Position numbers and translations under genes: made by a program. The notes under the pieces were generated by a model that had not been told where the DNA came from, made no database searches, and saw only the letters and a list, made by a program, of their open reading frames with translations. Shown one piece after another: positions 29,786 to 40,254 of a stretch of 64,000 nucleotides of DNA. How positions within the stretch are numbered: position 1 is the stretch's first letter; every line of letters starts with the position of its first letter. The stretch is from a virus: positions 32,001 to 96,000 of IMG/VR virus record IMGVR_UViG_3300006931_000001; one strand, written 5' to 3'.

Positions 29786-30407
29786 CTACAATGACTACGT
29801 TCGGCTCTCTGGTAATCTTATGACTGGCTTGGCATGCAGTACACAGCTGCATGAGAATATTGCAAATGGTAGTGCTAGTGCAATCTTCGTGCACATGCAG
29901 CCAAAAGATTGGAAACGTAACAAAAACACAGGATTATTGGAACCCGACTATCGATGGATTGATGACGCTGTTATGGGACGAACAGTGTCTGGTGATAGTT
30001 GCATGATTTTGGATGTTCAGGAAATTCATAATCTAGTTACCAATACTGGACGTGTGTTTCTTCACACACAAGGTTATGCAACTACAGGTATTGGATCGAA
30101 CGGTCTAAATTATATTGCACTATCTAATGACGCAACTGCGCCAGCCGCTTCTGATACTACGTTAGCAGCTGAGATCGTGGCTAACGGATTATCGCGAGCT
30201 CAAGGTACAGTAACGCTGCCTACAGGGTCTGGTAACCAGACCACCGTTGCAAAAACTTTTACTGCAACTGGTACACAGGCTGCTCAAAAAGCAGCATTAT
30301 TTACAGCATCATCTTCTGGTACTATGAATCACGAATTATTGTTTACTCAACGTTCGTTGATTGCTGGTGATACGCTGGCTGTTACTTTCACGATTACATT
30401 AGGCTAA
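29778..30407 (+). CDS. tail-fibre-related structural protein
   Basis: HNLVTNTG...YIALS...DTTLAAEI...GDTLAVTFTITL. Confidence 0.6.
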   Translation: MNDYNDYVRLSGNLMTGLACSTQLHENIANGSASAIFVHMQPKDWKRNKNTGLLEPDYRWIDDAVMGRTVSGDSCMILDVQEIHNLVTNTGRVFLHTQGYATTGIGSNGLNYIALSNDATAPAASDTTLAAEIVANGLSRAQGTVTLPTGSGNQTTVAKTFTATGTQAAQKAALFTASSSGTMNHELLFTQRSLIAGDTLAVTFTITLG

Positions 30408-30409
30408 TT

Positions 30410-30841
30410 ATGGCGTTATATTCACTTGCACAACGTACTACAGCCACAGCCGCAGCATCGCCATCCTGGGAGATTCGTTCTACCTCTGGAAACAAGCCAA
30501 AGGTTCTACAGTTAGAGCTCACTCAAAACACGGCCGTAGCTGGCGTGTACGGCATCGGAAGGCCAGCGGCTATCGGAGTGACGCCTACCTCGCCACAAAC
30601 GTTTGTAGACGAAGCTGACGGCAACGGAGCAACGGCACAGACTACGGCAGCTGTTGCCTGGGGAACCGCTCCAACATCACCAACAAATTTTAATCGCAGA
30701 TATTCTGTGGTTAACACTGCCGGTGCTGGATTTATTGCTGTATTTCCAGGAGGATTAGGACTTCCAGTTTCCGGCTCTATTGTAGTTTGGATTATCGCAA
30801 CTGCACCTGTCTGCGATGTCGCAGCGGTTGTATCGGAGTAA
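30410..30841 (+). CDS. putative structural protein
   Basis: Ala/Thr/Gly-rich ORF in tail cluster. Confidence 0.6.
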   Translation: MALYSLAQRTTATAAASPSWEIRSTSGNKPKVLQLELTQNTAVAGVYGIGRPAAIGVTPTSPQTFVDEADGNGATAQTTAAVAWGTAPTSPTNFNRRYSVVNTAGAGFIAVFPGGLGLPVSGSIVVWIIATAPVCDVAAVVSE

Positions 30842-30845
30842 ATTC

Positions 30846-31094
30846 ATGCCAGATGTGCTCAAAGGTAATCGTGACACGTTGCCAGATCACGGAACAACAT
30901 CTGGTGATTTGGTGATTCATTCTTTGGTAATCAATATTCATGCCAGTGGAGCTCTTTCAATCCACGGTCCTCTTGAAAATAGAGAATGGGTTTTAGCTGT
31001 TCTCGAGAATGCAAAAGATGCTTTGAATAATTACCACGGACGTCGATCGTCTTTAATTGTTCCAAGTAAGGACGTATCGATTCAGGAAATGTGA
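30846..31094 (+). CDS. hypothetical protein
   Basis: GGAG RBS before ATG 30846. Confidence 0.55.
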   Translation: MPDVLKGNRDTLPDHGTTSGDLVIHSLVINIHASGALSIHGPLENREWVLAVLENAKDALNNYHGRRSSLIVPSKDVSIQEM

Positions 31095-31101
31095 GCGTAC
31101 A

Positions 31102-33375
31102 ATGCCGACCAGTTATGGATTATTCAATCTGCACTATTTCTACTCTCAAATCCAGAGTGTTTTAGATGCAGCTGATCCTAGAGAGTGCTTACTCTGGACT
31201 GATGATTTAGCCGCCGATACTCAGCAAATTCGGTGGCAGGAGGTGAGACTCGCTGGTCGTTCTCGTTTTCTTAACATGAATGGTTTGTCGCCATCATCTG
31301 CAGCTCTTGGCTATTCTTACGTTAGTTATTCGCCACGAGTAGAGCGTGTTGGATCACAAACAGGTGAATATCCACATCTGTTACATAAAACAACAGAGTG
31401 GATGTTCAACACGCTTTTAACGCCTCTGGCTACGAGTACAACATTAGGAGCAGCCACAACTTATACCAGTGAGAGTCAGACAATATACGTTCCTGAGACA
31501 AAAGAGCGTGTTTTTGAGAGTGTACGGTTTACTGTATTTGTGCGCTCAGAATTTACAGCATCTAATTCACTGACTGGTGTTAGGCTAAGTTTCAGTTTAG
31601 GCGGTGCAACTTCATTTTCTTATGATCAATTAGTGACGTTAGCTGGGACTGCTAGCAGAAATATTTCAACTGAGATTGATTTCGATCTAACTGATTATTT
31701 CAATGCACGATTTGGTAGTGGTGCCAGTCAAACCGCTCAAGCTGTCGTTAGCGCATCTACAGGTACAGCTTCAAGCATTAATGGTTTATGTTTTAAGCTT
31801 ACAATAACCTACGGTTTTGATCCGCTAGCAGCTACTACGCGAATCAAAACGATTCGTATTCCTATTCATTCACAGAGCACAAGTTTAACTAATGCGCAGC
31901 AAGAAATTGGCACGGATGGTGTAGCACCTGCACCCTCTGGTCAAATTCCAGCTCTAGATACATTTTTAGTTGAGCAGAGTAAGACATACAGGAAAATATT
32001 TCTGGATTTATATGCCAATGATGGAGCGACAACTGCAGGGACGAATTTCACGCCGCAAATCCAGATTGATGCTGTAGCAGAGGTAGCTCGAGCAACAGTC
32101 GACACAACGATAGCGCCGGCGATGCCGTGGCGAGATTCTTATGATATTTCTGGTATCACTACAAACGCGACGCATACATTTAGTATGCGTTGTGATACCA
32201 CAGTAACTGGTAGATTGTTTTGTGTTGGTGGTTTTATTGTAGTTAATTATGAGTATGATCATGCTGCAACTGTTACCAACAATTTAGCTACCTACGAAGC
32301 TATTGTACCGTTAACTCAATCTGCAGGTTACGGTGAGCAAGAATTAACACCATACGATGGATTAGTTTCTGTAAACTTACCAGCTAATTATCAACGCTTA
32401 TTGGCAATTTTTGATATACATGAGCCTGGTACAATCATATTAAAACAGAGTGGTGTATTTTCTGTAGTTTCTGTATCTACAGCCAGCACTGCATTTACGA
32501 GACGTGTAGGTCAACAAATAGTGCGTTCTTTTACACCATTGAGCAGTATTGGTCCGATGTTTCTTGTTCAGCGCGTAGATACTACAGCTGGCTGGTCGAT
32601 TGTACGTGGAACGAATCGACTGACTTTAGACATCTGGGGAAATGGTAGAACAGCACACAACGGAGCTTTCGCTGTTATTAATTATACAGCTGGAGTTAGA
32701 CAAGATGTAGATCGTGGCGCACATCCTGTCAATTTCTTGCAACGTGTGTACGATTCTAATATTGTTACGTCTAGTATCGAAGTAACTCGTGAGAGTGGTG
32801 GGCAGCATCTACCGACACTTGGATTACCATACCGAATTATCGGAGCTTATATTGCCAGCCATATATTTACATCTGCTGCAATCGCAATTGGCATTGCCTT
32901 GGAACAGCGAGATGGCGAATGGGAAGGTGATTTAGGCTACTCCATATGCATAGGTACTTCACCACACGTAGTTAGTTGTGGTGTTAATATGCTTTTGCCT
33001 ATCACTATTCACATCACACAAGATAATTTGCATAATAATAAAATTGATCTGACACAAAGACGTCGGCAGATAATTGCAAGTCAGAATAGTACGATGGCTG
33101 GTTGGTCTACATGGATTACATATCATCAGCACGCATTTACAGTATCTGGAACCGTAACATTATTTGGTGTACCAGCAAGTGATGGTGATGTTGTGGAAAT
33201 CTACGCTGGTAACAATAGTGATCCAACTACACCCGTAGATTTGATAACACGAACCATAATTTCAGGCGGTAGTGGTGGATTTACAGCAACTGTACCTGAC
33301 AATATACGAACGTATTTTGCTAGTTATAATAATGGTGTAGTTTCAGGACGTAGTCTTGTGGGAGTTCCGGTGTAA
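31102..33375 (+). CDS. putative tail/receptor-binding structural protein
   Basis: About 757 aa, Thr-rich beta-type composition, Ig-like C-terminus. Confidence 0.55.
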   Translation: MPTSYGLFNLHYFYSQIQSVLDAADPRECLLWTDDLAADTQQIRWQEVRLAGRSRFLNMNGLSPSSAALGYSYVSYSPRVERVGSQTGEYPHLLHKTTEWMFNTLLTPLATSTTLGAATTYTSESQTIYVPETKERVFESVRFTVFVRSEFTASNSLTGVRLSFSLGGATSFSYDQLVTLAGTASRNISTEIDFDLTDYFNARFGSGASQTAQAVVSASTGTASSINGLCFKLTITYGFDPLAATTRIKTIRIPIHSQSTSLTNAQQEIGTDGVAPAPSGQIPALDTFLVEQSKTYRKIFLDLYANDGATTAGTNFTPQIQIDAVAEVARATVDTTIAPAMPWRDSYDISGITTNATHTFSMRCDTTVTGRLFCVGGFIVVNYEYDHAATVTNNLATYEAIVPLTQSAGYGEQELTPYDGLVSVNLPANYQRLLAIFDIHEPGTIILKQSGVFSVVSVSTASTAFTRRVGQQIVRSFTPLSSIGPMFLVQRVDTTAGWSIVRGTNRLTLDIWGNGRTAHNGAFAVINYTAGVRQDVDRGAHPVNFLQRVYDSNIVTSSIEVTRESGGQHLPTLGLPYRIIGAYIASHIFTSAAIAIGIALEQRDGEWEGDLGYSICIGTSPHVVSCGVNMLLPITIHITQDNLHNNKIDLTQRRRQIIASQNSTMAGWSTWITYHQHAFTVSGTVTLFGVPASDGDVVEIYAGNNSDPTTPVDLITRTIISGGSGGFTATVPDNIRTYFASYNNGVVSGRSLVGVPV

Positions 33376-34115
33376 TGGCGTTCGATATTAGAATTGGTGT
33401 TGTACCTAGCAGCAATTTTAATATTAATGTAGGTTCACAGGTTATTGTAGGTCTGAATGAAACCATAGTTATATCTGATAGCATTGACACTCTTCAAAAT
33501 CTAAATCTAGCGTTAGCAGACTCTGTTAGTGTAACTGACACATTTTCGACACTACAAGCTTTTGGTTTGTCATTATCTGAGTCTATTAGTGTAGTTGATA
33601 ATGTTACTGTATTAAGTGGATTTATTGTTCCACTAGTTGACTCTATTTCTGTAACTGACGGTGTAGTCGTTTTACAAAGTTTGAACGTACTACTAACAGA
33701 AACTATTTCTTTACTTGATTCTTTAAGTACACAGACAATTCTACAATTGTCATTAGCAGAATCGATTTTTGCATCAGACACTCTATCGACAATTGGTAGT
33801 TTTTTCAGTAGTGTATTTGATACTATTTCTTTAAGCGATAGTGTAGTAATATTAGATTCGTCTTTAGTATTATTTGACATCTTGCTACTGAGTGATTCAA
33901 TTTTTTGTGTTAAGACATCAGTAATTCAGTTATTAGAGACTGTAAACTGCACAGAGAATTTTGTATTTTCTCTCACAGGTAATATCAATTTATACGAAAC
34001 ACCAATTAGACTTCGAAACTCGATCGATCCGCATATACCTATTACTACGCCTAGTCTGACGGGTACATTAACAGCACTTGATGATCTCGTAGGAACTTTG
34101 CGAAATCTGCAATAA
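33375..34115 (+). CDS. repetitive fibre-like protein
   Basis: Repeats of L-x-(E/D)-(T/S)-I-x-(I/V/L)-x-D. Confidence 0.6.
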   Translation: MAFDIRIGVVPSSNFNINVGSQVIVGLNETIVISDSIDTLQNLNLALADSVSVTDTFSTLQAFGLSLSESISVVDNVTVLSGFIVPLVDSISVTDGVVVLQSLNVLLTETISLLDSLSTQTILQLSLAESIFASDTLSTIGSFFSSVFDTISLSDSVVILDSSLVLFDILLLSDSIFCVKTSVIQLLETVNCTENFVFSLTGNINLYETPIRLRNSIDPHIPITTPSLTGTLTALDDLVGTLRNLQ

Positions 34116-34129
34116 CTGGGAGAAATAGC

Positions 34130-35050
34130 ATGAGTGATTTAGCAGGCTTTCTCGCGATGTTCTTAGGTGGTCCATCTGCAATTGTTACACTAAATGATGC
34201 AATTTCTATTACAGAGCAATTAACAGTACATTCTGGACCAAATGTTGGACTTGTAGAGGGAGCAATTACTGTAAGTGACGCATTTAATAATATCGCGCAT
34301 TTTAATGTTATTCCGATTGAGGTTGTAACTCTTACGGATAGTGTACCTGTAATTGCTAACTTGATCTCAACGTTGAGTGATCAAATTTCATTGATAGATA
34401 ACTCAGTAGCATCTTCTGGTATATTTATTTCTATATCAGAAAGTGTAGGATTATCAGATTCTGTTATTACTATATTTACTACACCTATTGCGTACACTGC
34501 GTCACTCAGTGAAACGGTAAATATTGCAGATGCGATATCACTGATGATTAATGCTGTCGTATTTCTAGCAGATACTGTACCTATAATAGACAACACAGTT
34601 TTATCGCAAGCTAGTAGTTTACTATTTAATGAATTATATTTTATTTCAGAAAGTATTAGTAACAGCTACGTATTTATAGCTAGCCTCGCTGATACAATAC
34701 TCAGTGCTGAAAATCTCGGTACACAAAAAACTGCAATTATTAATAACACTGAAAATATTACGCTATTAGAAGACTTAGCTATAACTTTTAATAACGCAGT
34801 AAGCGGTCTAGAAAATGTAATACTTTCTGAAATTGTTAACGTATCTCGAAGTATGCAGTCAATTTTCGCAGATTCACTGATTATAACTGATTCACTATCA
34901 GTAATAGCGCATAGAAATGTACAAATTTTTGAAATCCCAATAAAAATTAATACTACTATAGTAACGCCGAGAACGCTAGCACTCCTAGATTTTGTAGGAG
35001 AGTTGTCAACAGAAGATAATGAGTTAATAGGAACCTTGGAGGATGCATGA
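34130..35050 (+). CDS. repetitive fibre-like protein, paralogue of the upstream gene
   Basis: Same repeat; shared C-terminus (LYETPIR...LVGTL vs IFEIPIK...LIGTL). Confidence 0.6.
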   Translation: MSDLAGFLAMFLGGPSAIVTLNDAISITEQLTVHSGPNVGLVEGAITVSDAFNNIAHFNVIPIEVVTLTDSVPVIANLISTLSDQISLIDNSVASSGIFISISESVGLSDSVITIFTTPIAYTASLSETVNIADAISLMINAVVFLADTVPIIDNTVLSQASSLLFNELYFISESISNSYVFIASLADTILSAENLGTQKTAIINNTENITLLEDLAITFNNAVSGLENVILSEIVNVSRSMQSIFADSLIITDSLSVIAHRNVQIFEIPIKINTTIVTPRTLALLDFVGELSTEDNELIGTLEDA

Positions 35051-35451
35051 CAGCTTGTTGTGATATTTTGGTATCACGAGATCCATATGAACTATACCAA
35101 GGAGAAAGCCGTCACTGGGTATTAAGCGTAACACAACAAAATACAGGAATGCCACAATCAATTGCAGGAGCTAAGCTCTATCTAACAGTACGAGCTAGAA
35201 TCGAAAATGTAGATACATTGATTTTACTACGCAATCAAGCGGCTGGCGGTAGTGATTCTCAAATACTCATCAGACCAGACACAGGAATCGATATCGGTAA
35301 AGCTGATGTGTATACATCTGTTTCTGATTCATCTACTATAATTCCAGGAGATTATTGGATAGATGCATGGGTAGTGCTTACAACAGGTGAGCATCGTCCA
35401 ATTATTAGAACTCGAGCGTTCAAGATCAGGCCCGCGGTTACTAGATTTTAG
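35047..35451 (+). CDS. BppU N-terminal-like protein
   Basis: ELYQGES...SIAGAKLYLTV...PGDYWID. Confidence 0.5.
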   Translation: MTACCDILVSRDPYELYQGESRHWVLSVTQQNTGMPQSIAGAKLYLTVRARIENVDTLILLRNQAAGGSDSQILIRPDTGIDIGKADVYTSVSDSSTIIPGDYWIDAWVVLTTGEHRPIIRTRAFKIRPAVTRF

Positions 35452-35459
35452 GAGACATA

Positions 35460-35834
35460 ATGGATACTTTTAAATTAATAGGACATTCTTCTATTAGACC
35501 GCCGATCACCAGCACGACTCTGTCGGGTGATATGTCGATAGAAGCTGATATTGATGAAGAATTAGCGCTTACACGAAAATACGCACAACTAATTCAGTTG
35601 GTTACTGATGGTGCTCAAGTTGTCAGTCTGGGTGGAATAACGCTAGCATCTTTAATTATCATTAAAACGGATAACCCTATAATTGCTACGTTTACCTCTA
35701 CTGCAGGTAGTGGTGTGGTTCCGATAGGCCGGTGGTTTAGTGTAATTACAGAAGATGTACCTGTTACTGCTATCTCATTGCAGAGACCATCAGGTATCCT
35801 TACAAACGTTCGGTTGACGCTAGGCCAGCTCTAG
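35460..35834 (+). CDS. hypothetical structural protein (end of virion module)
   Basis: AGGAG RBS; beta-rich. Confidence 0.6.
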   Translation: MDTFKLIGHSSIRPPITSTTLSGDMSIEADIDEELALTRKYAQLIQLVTDGAQVVSLGGITLASLIIIKTDNPIIATFTSTAGSGVVPIGRWFSVITEDVPVTAISLQRPSGILTNVRLTLGQL

Positions 35835-35986
35835 GTACCGTGTCATCGGCGCACGCGTGTCTGTATGGTGCACGGTGTGCGTTGCTGCTCGTCGAGAAAT
35901 TCCGCAGACTTGACAGGCTTGGTGTGCTCGTGAGATACACTATCTCCGATGCGGTCTGCGCTTACAAGACACACTAGAGGTGCGCG

Positions 35987-37405
35987 ATGAAGCACACGGT
36001 TACCATACGGTTGCTAGACAATCGTCGGTGTTCCGTATTTGGTTTGGATTCTAAGATAACGCGATTGCTCGATGAGGCGTTAGCGATCGAAGTTCAAGGT
36101 GCACAATTTCAGGCATCAGTACGGCGTGGACTCTGGGATGGTAAGCGGCATTTATTTTCCAAAAAGACGAACACATTTCCACACGGCTTGCTTTCGCGAG
36201 TCGTTTCTTTTTTGGAAGATTTGAAGCTATACGTAAAGATTCGAGATAAACGAGCGAAACATATTCCTAAGCCAGATCTCTCGCTTGTGCATAAAAATAT
36301 GCTCAAGGGAGATATTACGTTGCGTCCGTATCAACTCAAGGCGATACGTAGAGGCTTGAAGAGACAGCGTGGTATATTCTGGTTAGCTACGAATTCCGGT
36401 AAAACTGAAGTATCTGCAGCTATCATTAAAACACTCATTAATCATAGAACTCTGTTTCTTGTTCATAAACAAGCTCTGCTAGATCAAGCACGAGCTCGCA
36501 TAGCTCTCAGACTTGGGACGATAGAAGAGCATATTGGTGTAATAGGAGCTGGACGTTTTGATCCTAAGCATATAACAGTGGCAACAATTCAGACGTTGTC
36601 ACGCAAGATGCATCCGAAGAAACGAAGACTAATTCAAGCGTATTTTAATACTATTGGACAGCTACATATTGATGAAGGTCATCATAGTAAAGCTACAACA
36701 TGGTATAAACTAATAAATCGAATTGATGCACAATTTCGATTTATCTACAGTGGAACACCATTCGGTAGTGGTAACGGATTGATGGTAGAGGCGTGCACTG
36801 GTCCGATTATTCATCGAGTTACCAACGATGAACTCATCAAACTAGGTGTGAGCGCTAAACCTACGATTGAGATTATACAGTGTGAAAAACCTGTATTAGC
36901 TAATGATTTGTCGTGGGTAGACGTGTATCAGCAAGGAATTGTTGAGAACGATGCTCGCAATGCTCTTATTGCTAAGCGTGCTCATAAATTTACTAAAGCG
37001 CGCCTGAAGACGATGATTTTGGTGACTCACCTTCGACATGGTGATCTCATAAATCAGCATCTAGATGCGCTAAGCATCGCTTACGAGTTCGCTCATGGCC
37101 GGATGCCTCGGTCCGCACAGCGCGATGCTGTAGCGCGTTTTGAGCATGGAAACATTGATGTCTTGGTAGCTTCGCCGATCTTCGATGAAGGTGTCGACAT
37201 GCCAGCTATACGAGCATTGATTGTTGCAGACGGAGGTAAGAGTGTACGTGCTGCACTGCAAAAGATCGGTCGTGGTTTGCGTAAGAAAGAAGGTGTAAAT
37301 GCACTTGCTGTAGTAGATTTTGCCGATATGAGTCATAAATGGCTTGCTCGGCATTCGCAAGACCGAATTTCTATCTACGAAAATGAAGGCTTCAAGCTGA
37401 AATGA
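35987..37405 (+). CDS. SF2 DNA helicase (UvsW-like)
   Basis: LRPYQ, ATNSGKT, DEGHH, SGTP, FDEGVD, QKIGRGLR. Confidence 0.9.
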   Translation: MKHTVTIRLLDNRRCSVFGLDSKITRLLDEALAIEVQGAQFQASVRRGLWDGKRHLFSKKTNTFPHGLLSRVVSFLEDLKLYVKIRDKRAKHIPKPDLSLVHKNMLKGDITLRPYQLKAIRRGLKRQRGIFWLATNSGKTEVSAAIIKTLINHRTLFLVHKQALLDQARARIALRLGTIEEHIGVIGAGRFDPKHITVATIQTLSRKMHPKKRRLIQAYFNTIGQLHIDEGHHSKATTWYKLINRIDAQFRFIYSGTPFGSGNGLMVEACTGPIIHRVTNDELIKLGVSAKPTIEIIQCEKPVLANDLSWVDVYQQGIVENDARNALIAKRAHKFTKARLKTMILVTHLRHGDLINQHLDALSIAYEFAHGRMPRSAQRDAVARFEHGNIDVLVASPIFDEGVDMPAIRALIVADGGKSVRAALQKIGRGLRKKEGVNALAVVDFADMSHKWLARHSQDRISIYENEGFKLK

Positions 37406-37411
37406 GGAACG

Positions 37412-37954
37412 ATGCCAAAAAAGCAGCGTAGAAAGCTTGCAGCACAACTAGCAGCTCTGTTTCATGATCATCTAATTGAGCGTAGTTTACTAACCCTGCA
37501 TAGAGGACGTAAAATGCGAACTCAGTTAGATGATTTATCTAAAACAGAACGTCAAGCCTTCCTTAAAGCCGCGGCTATCGTTTATTTGGTTGGAGCAGAT
37601 CCTCGTGAATTTATCGCAGCACAATTCCAAGCTTGGGAAGCTTATTCTCAGGCATTCGGAAAGTACATACTACCTCACCCAACTACTCTTTCTACTCTTG
37701 GAGCTCAAGCACGATATGCGCAGTACAAAAAACAGCAAGAGGCTAGAGCAAATCGCAAGTCACCTGTAAAAGAGAAAAGTCTCAAAGAGCACTACAGAGA
37801 AGAAAGAAAATTGGCTGGTCTGGTACGTATTATGCGCAAGCCGCCAGAGGACATACTCACACAGCGGCCAGAAGAATTCACACCGGACTTCCTGCGAGTT
37901 CGTGGAGTGTGGAAGGTAGTCAAAGAGCTCTATCAAGAGCGTACAGCTGTATGA
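37412..37954 (+). CDS. hypothetical basic protein between the two helicases (possible loader/initiator)
   Basis: GAGG RBS; ATGA-coupled to the DnaB-like gene. Confidence 0.6.
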   Translation: MPKKQRRKLAAQLAALFHDHLIERSLLTLHRGRKMRTQLDDLSKTERQAFLKAAAIVYLVGADPREFIAAQFQAWEAYSQAFGKYILPHPTTLSTLGAQARYAQYKKQQEARANRKSPVKEKSLKEHYREERKLAGLVRIMRKPPEDILTQRPEEFTPDFLRVRGVWKVVKELYQERTAV

Positions 37955-39264
37955 GTACCAAAAAGAAGCCAGGTGTATTCGATTATGGTATTTCATTTCA
38001 AAGCAAGCTTGTACGTGTACTCTATGACGACGTAGATTTTACTACAACATGTGGTGTCCATCTCAAAACTGATGCATTTGAGAAACGAATACATCGCTGG
38101 TTTGCTGACAAAATAATCGAGTACGCAAAGAAACATGGGCATGGTGTTAGTATCGACGCTCTGAGGATTGGACTCAAGCGTGATGCTAAAATAGGCAAAT
38201 TTCCAAAAGATAATCTTGAAGCTGCACATGCGATGCTCGAAAAACTCGAGCGTCCACTTAAGGAACGCTCTTTTATAAAGGAAGAGCTCTTCAAATTCAT
38301 CAAACATCAGGCGATTCGTAGCGCAATTCTCAATGCTGCACAGGCCGGTGGTCATCTCGATCACGGTGATTACGATGCTATTGATGAGGATTTTGCTAGA
38401 GTCACTGAGATCCAAGAGTCACTCACAGGTGGCTTAGGTACTTTTTTTGTACGTGATGTCAAAGCACGTACAACGAAACGTAAAAAATACACCAAAGATG
38501 GTATCAGCACGGGGACCAAAGCTGATGACTATCTAAAGCCAGGTGGAGTACCTCGAAAGAATCTGGCTGTAATTGTAGCTCCTTCAGGCAAAGGCAAGAG
38601 TCACAATTTAGTTCACATTGGTAAAAGCGCAATTGTTGAGAGTAATGTCAAAGTTTTGCATGTTACATTGGAATTGTCTGAAGATGCTATTTTAGATAGG
38701 TACGATGCGACGTTCAGTGATATTCCTGCACAGCGTCTAGAAGAAAAGCCTATAGCTGTCAAGCGTGCAATCAAACAACTTGGTGAGCAGTATGGTGAAT
38801 TCTTGGTAGTGAAAGAATTTCCATCTGCGACACTTACTGTCCCTGCATTGCGTGCATACATTCGCCAGTTGGAGCGTATCGCATTTTATCCAGATGTCGT
38901 AATTGTAGATTACGCGGATGAAATGCTGCCATCGTGGACATCTAAAAATGATGATCCGTATGAGGCTATGGGCCGCATTTATCGCGAATTACGCAAAATG
39001 GCTCATGAGCTACAAGTTGTAGTCTGGACAGCAAGTCAAACCAACAAAACAGCACTTAACAAAGAATTTTTTGACTGGAATGATATTGCAGACTCATCCA
39101 AAAAAGTGATGATAGCTGATTATGTAGTGTGTTTCCTACAGACACTTGCAGAGAAAAAGAAAAAAGAAGCACGTTGGATGGTAGCAAAGAGCAGACTCGG
39201 TCCTGATAAATTTGATATTAAATTGCGTGTTGATTGGTCGCGTTCACAAATAAGGAGTGTGTAA
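37951..39264 (+). CDS. DnaB-like replicative helicase
   Basis: APSGKGKS, VTLELSE, IVDYAD, WTASQTN, IADS..K, KSRLG. Confidence 0.9.
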   Translation: MSTKKKPGVFDYGISFQSKLVRVLYDDVDFTTTCGVHLKTDAFEKRIHRWFADKIIEYAKKHGHGVSIDALRIGLKRDAKIGKFPKDNLEAAHAMLEKLERPLKERSFIKEELFKFIKHQAIRSAILNAAQAGGHLDHGDYDAIDEDFARVTEIQESLTGGLGTFFVRDVKARTTKRKKYTKDGISTGTKADDYLKPGGVPRKNLAVIVAPSGKGKSHNLVHIGKSAIVESNVKVLHVTLELSEDAILDRYDATFSDIPAQRLEEKPIAVKRAIKQLGEQYGEFLVVKEFPSATLTVPALRAYIRQLERIAFYPDVVIVDYADEMLPSWTSKNDDPYEAMGRIYRELRKMAHELQVVVWTASQTNKTALNKEFFDWNDIADSSKKVMIADYVVCFLQTLAEKKKKEARWMVAKSRLGPDKFDIKLRVDWSRSQIRSV

Positions 39265-39324
39265 TATTAATCAGTAATCTAATTATAATAATTAATAATT
39301 ACTAACTTAGATTTGGAGATGACA

Positions 39325-40248
39325 ATGAAACAATTAGTTTCACAGATCATATTAGCAGCGTGTATAGCTATACCTACAGCAGATGCCAATACAGGATTCG
39401 GGCCTGTTACCACAATATCTCTGTTTGGAGGAAATAATAACGATTTGACTATTGGAACTAGTTTCGCACTGATCACACCACATGCGAATGGTACGTCTGT
39501 TGTTACTGGTGTTAGTCGTAGTGGTTATTCGGCTAACGATATCGTTTGGATTTTTAATGCATCATCAACATTAAATTTGGTGATGACAGCAGATGACAGT
39601 AATTCATCTGGAATTAATCAACTGCATTTGCTAGATCCAACTGTTACTGTATTACCTTGGCATTCAGTTGGAATTATTCTGGATTCGACAAATGGCTGGC
39701 GCGTGCTTGGTGGATCATCGCAAGCTGGACCTACAGGTCCAACAGGTGCACAAGGTCCAACTGGACCTACGGGTGCACAAGGCGCACAGGGACCTCAAGG
39801 CATCCAAGGAATTCAAGGCTCGCAAGGATCACAAGGTCCAATTGGTGATACAGGATCTACTGGTCCAACTGGATCTACAGGTCCTGCAGGACCTGGATTT
39901 GGTACAATTTCAAGTGCGAGTCCAGCACGTACATTAAATAGTGCCTCATTTACTCCAAGCACAACCAAGGTTACCTTGGTGCATTATTCTGTACGTATTG
40001 CATCTAGCCTGACACTGACATCAGGTGCGGCTGGTCGTGTGCAATTGGTGGTTGATGGAACGGTGAGAGGTAGGTGTGCAGGTGGAAATACTGGAACTCT
40101 CACGGTTGGCTTGAGTTTGGTGACCACAACAGAGTGTATGTTGACATATTTAATACCAGCAAATAGTACGGTACAAATTAATACCGTAAATGAAACTGGT
40201 ACGCCGACATATACGTTGACGACGATCGACGAACAGACTCTGAATTAA
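39325..40248 (+). CDS. collagen-like protein with possible signal peptide
   Basis: [22 protein letters not shown]-terminus; 19 G-X-Y triplets; beta-rich C-terminal domain. Confidence 0.7.
   Translation: MKQLVSQIILAACIAIPTADANTGFGPVTTISLFGGNNNDLTIGTSFALITPHANGTSVVTGVSRSGYSANDIVWIFNASSTLNLVMTADDSNSSGINQLHLLDPTVTVLPWHSVGIILDSTNGWRVLGGSSQAGPTGPTGAQGPTGPTGAQGAQGPQGIQGIQGSQGSQGPIGDTGSTGPTGSTGPAGPGFGTISSASPARTLNSASFTPSTTKVTLVHYSVRIASSLTLTSGAAGRVQLVVDGTVRGRCAGGNTGTLTVGLSLVTTTECMLTYLIPANSTVQINTVNETGTPTYTLTTIDEQTLN
39727..39897 (+). repeat. collagen G-X-Y repeat (19 triplets)
   Basis: GPTGPTGAQ...GPAGPG. Confidence 0.9.
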
Positions 40249-40254
40249 CCAATC

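Noticed and set aside
35910-35941. TTGACA...TACACT sigma70-like promoter upstream of the helicase
   Set aside because: The spacer is 20 nt, too long for a canonical promoter. A promoter probably lies in this gap but cannot be placed.
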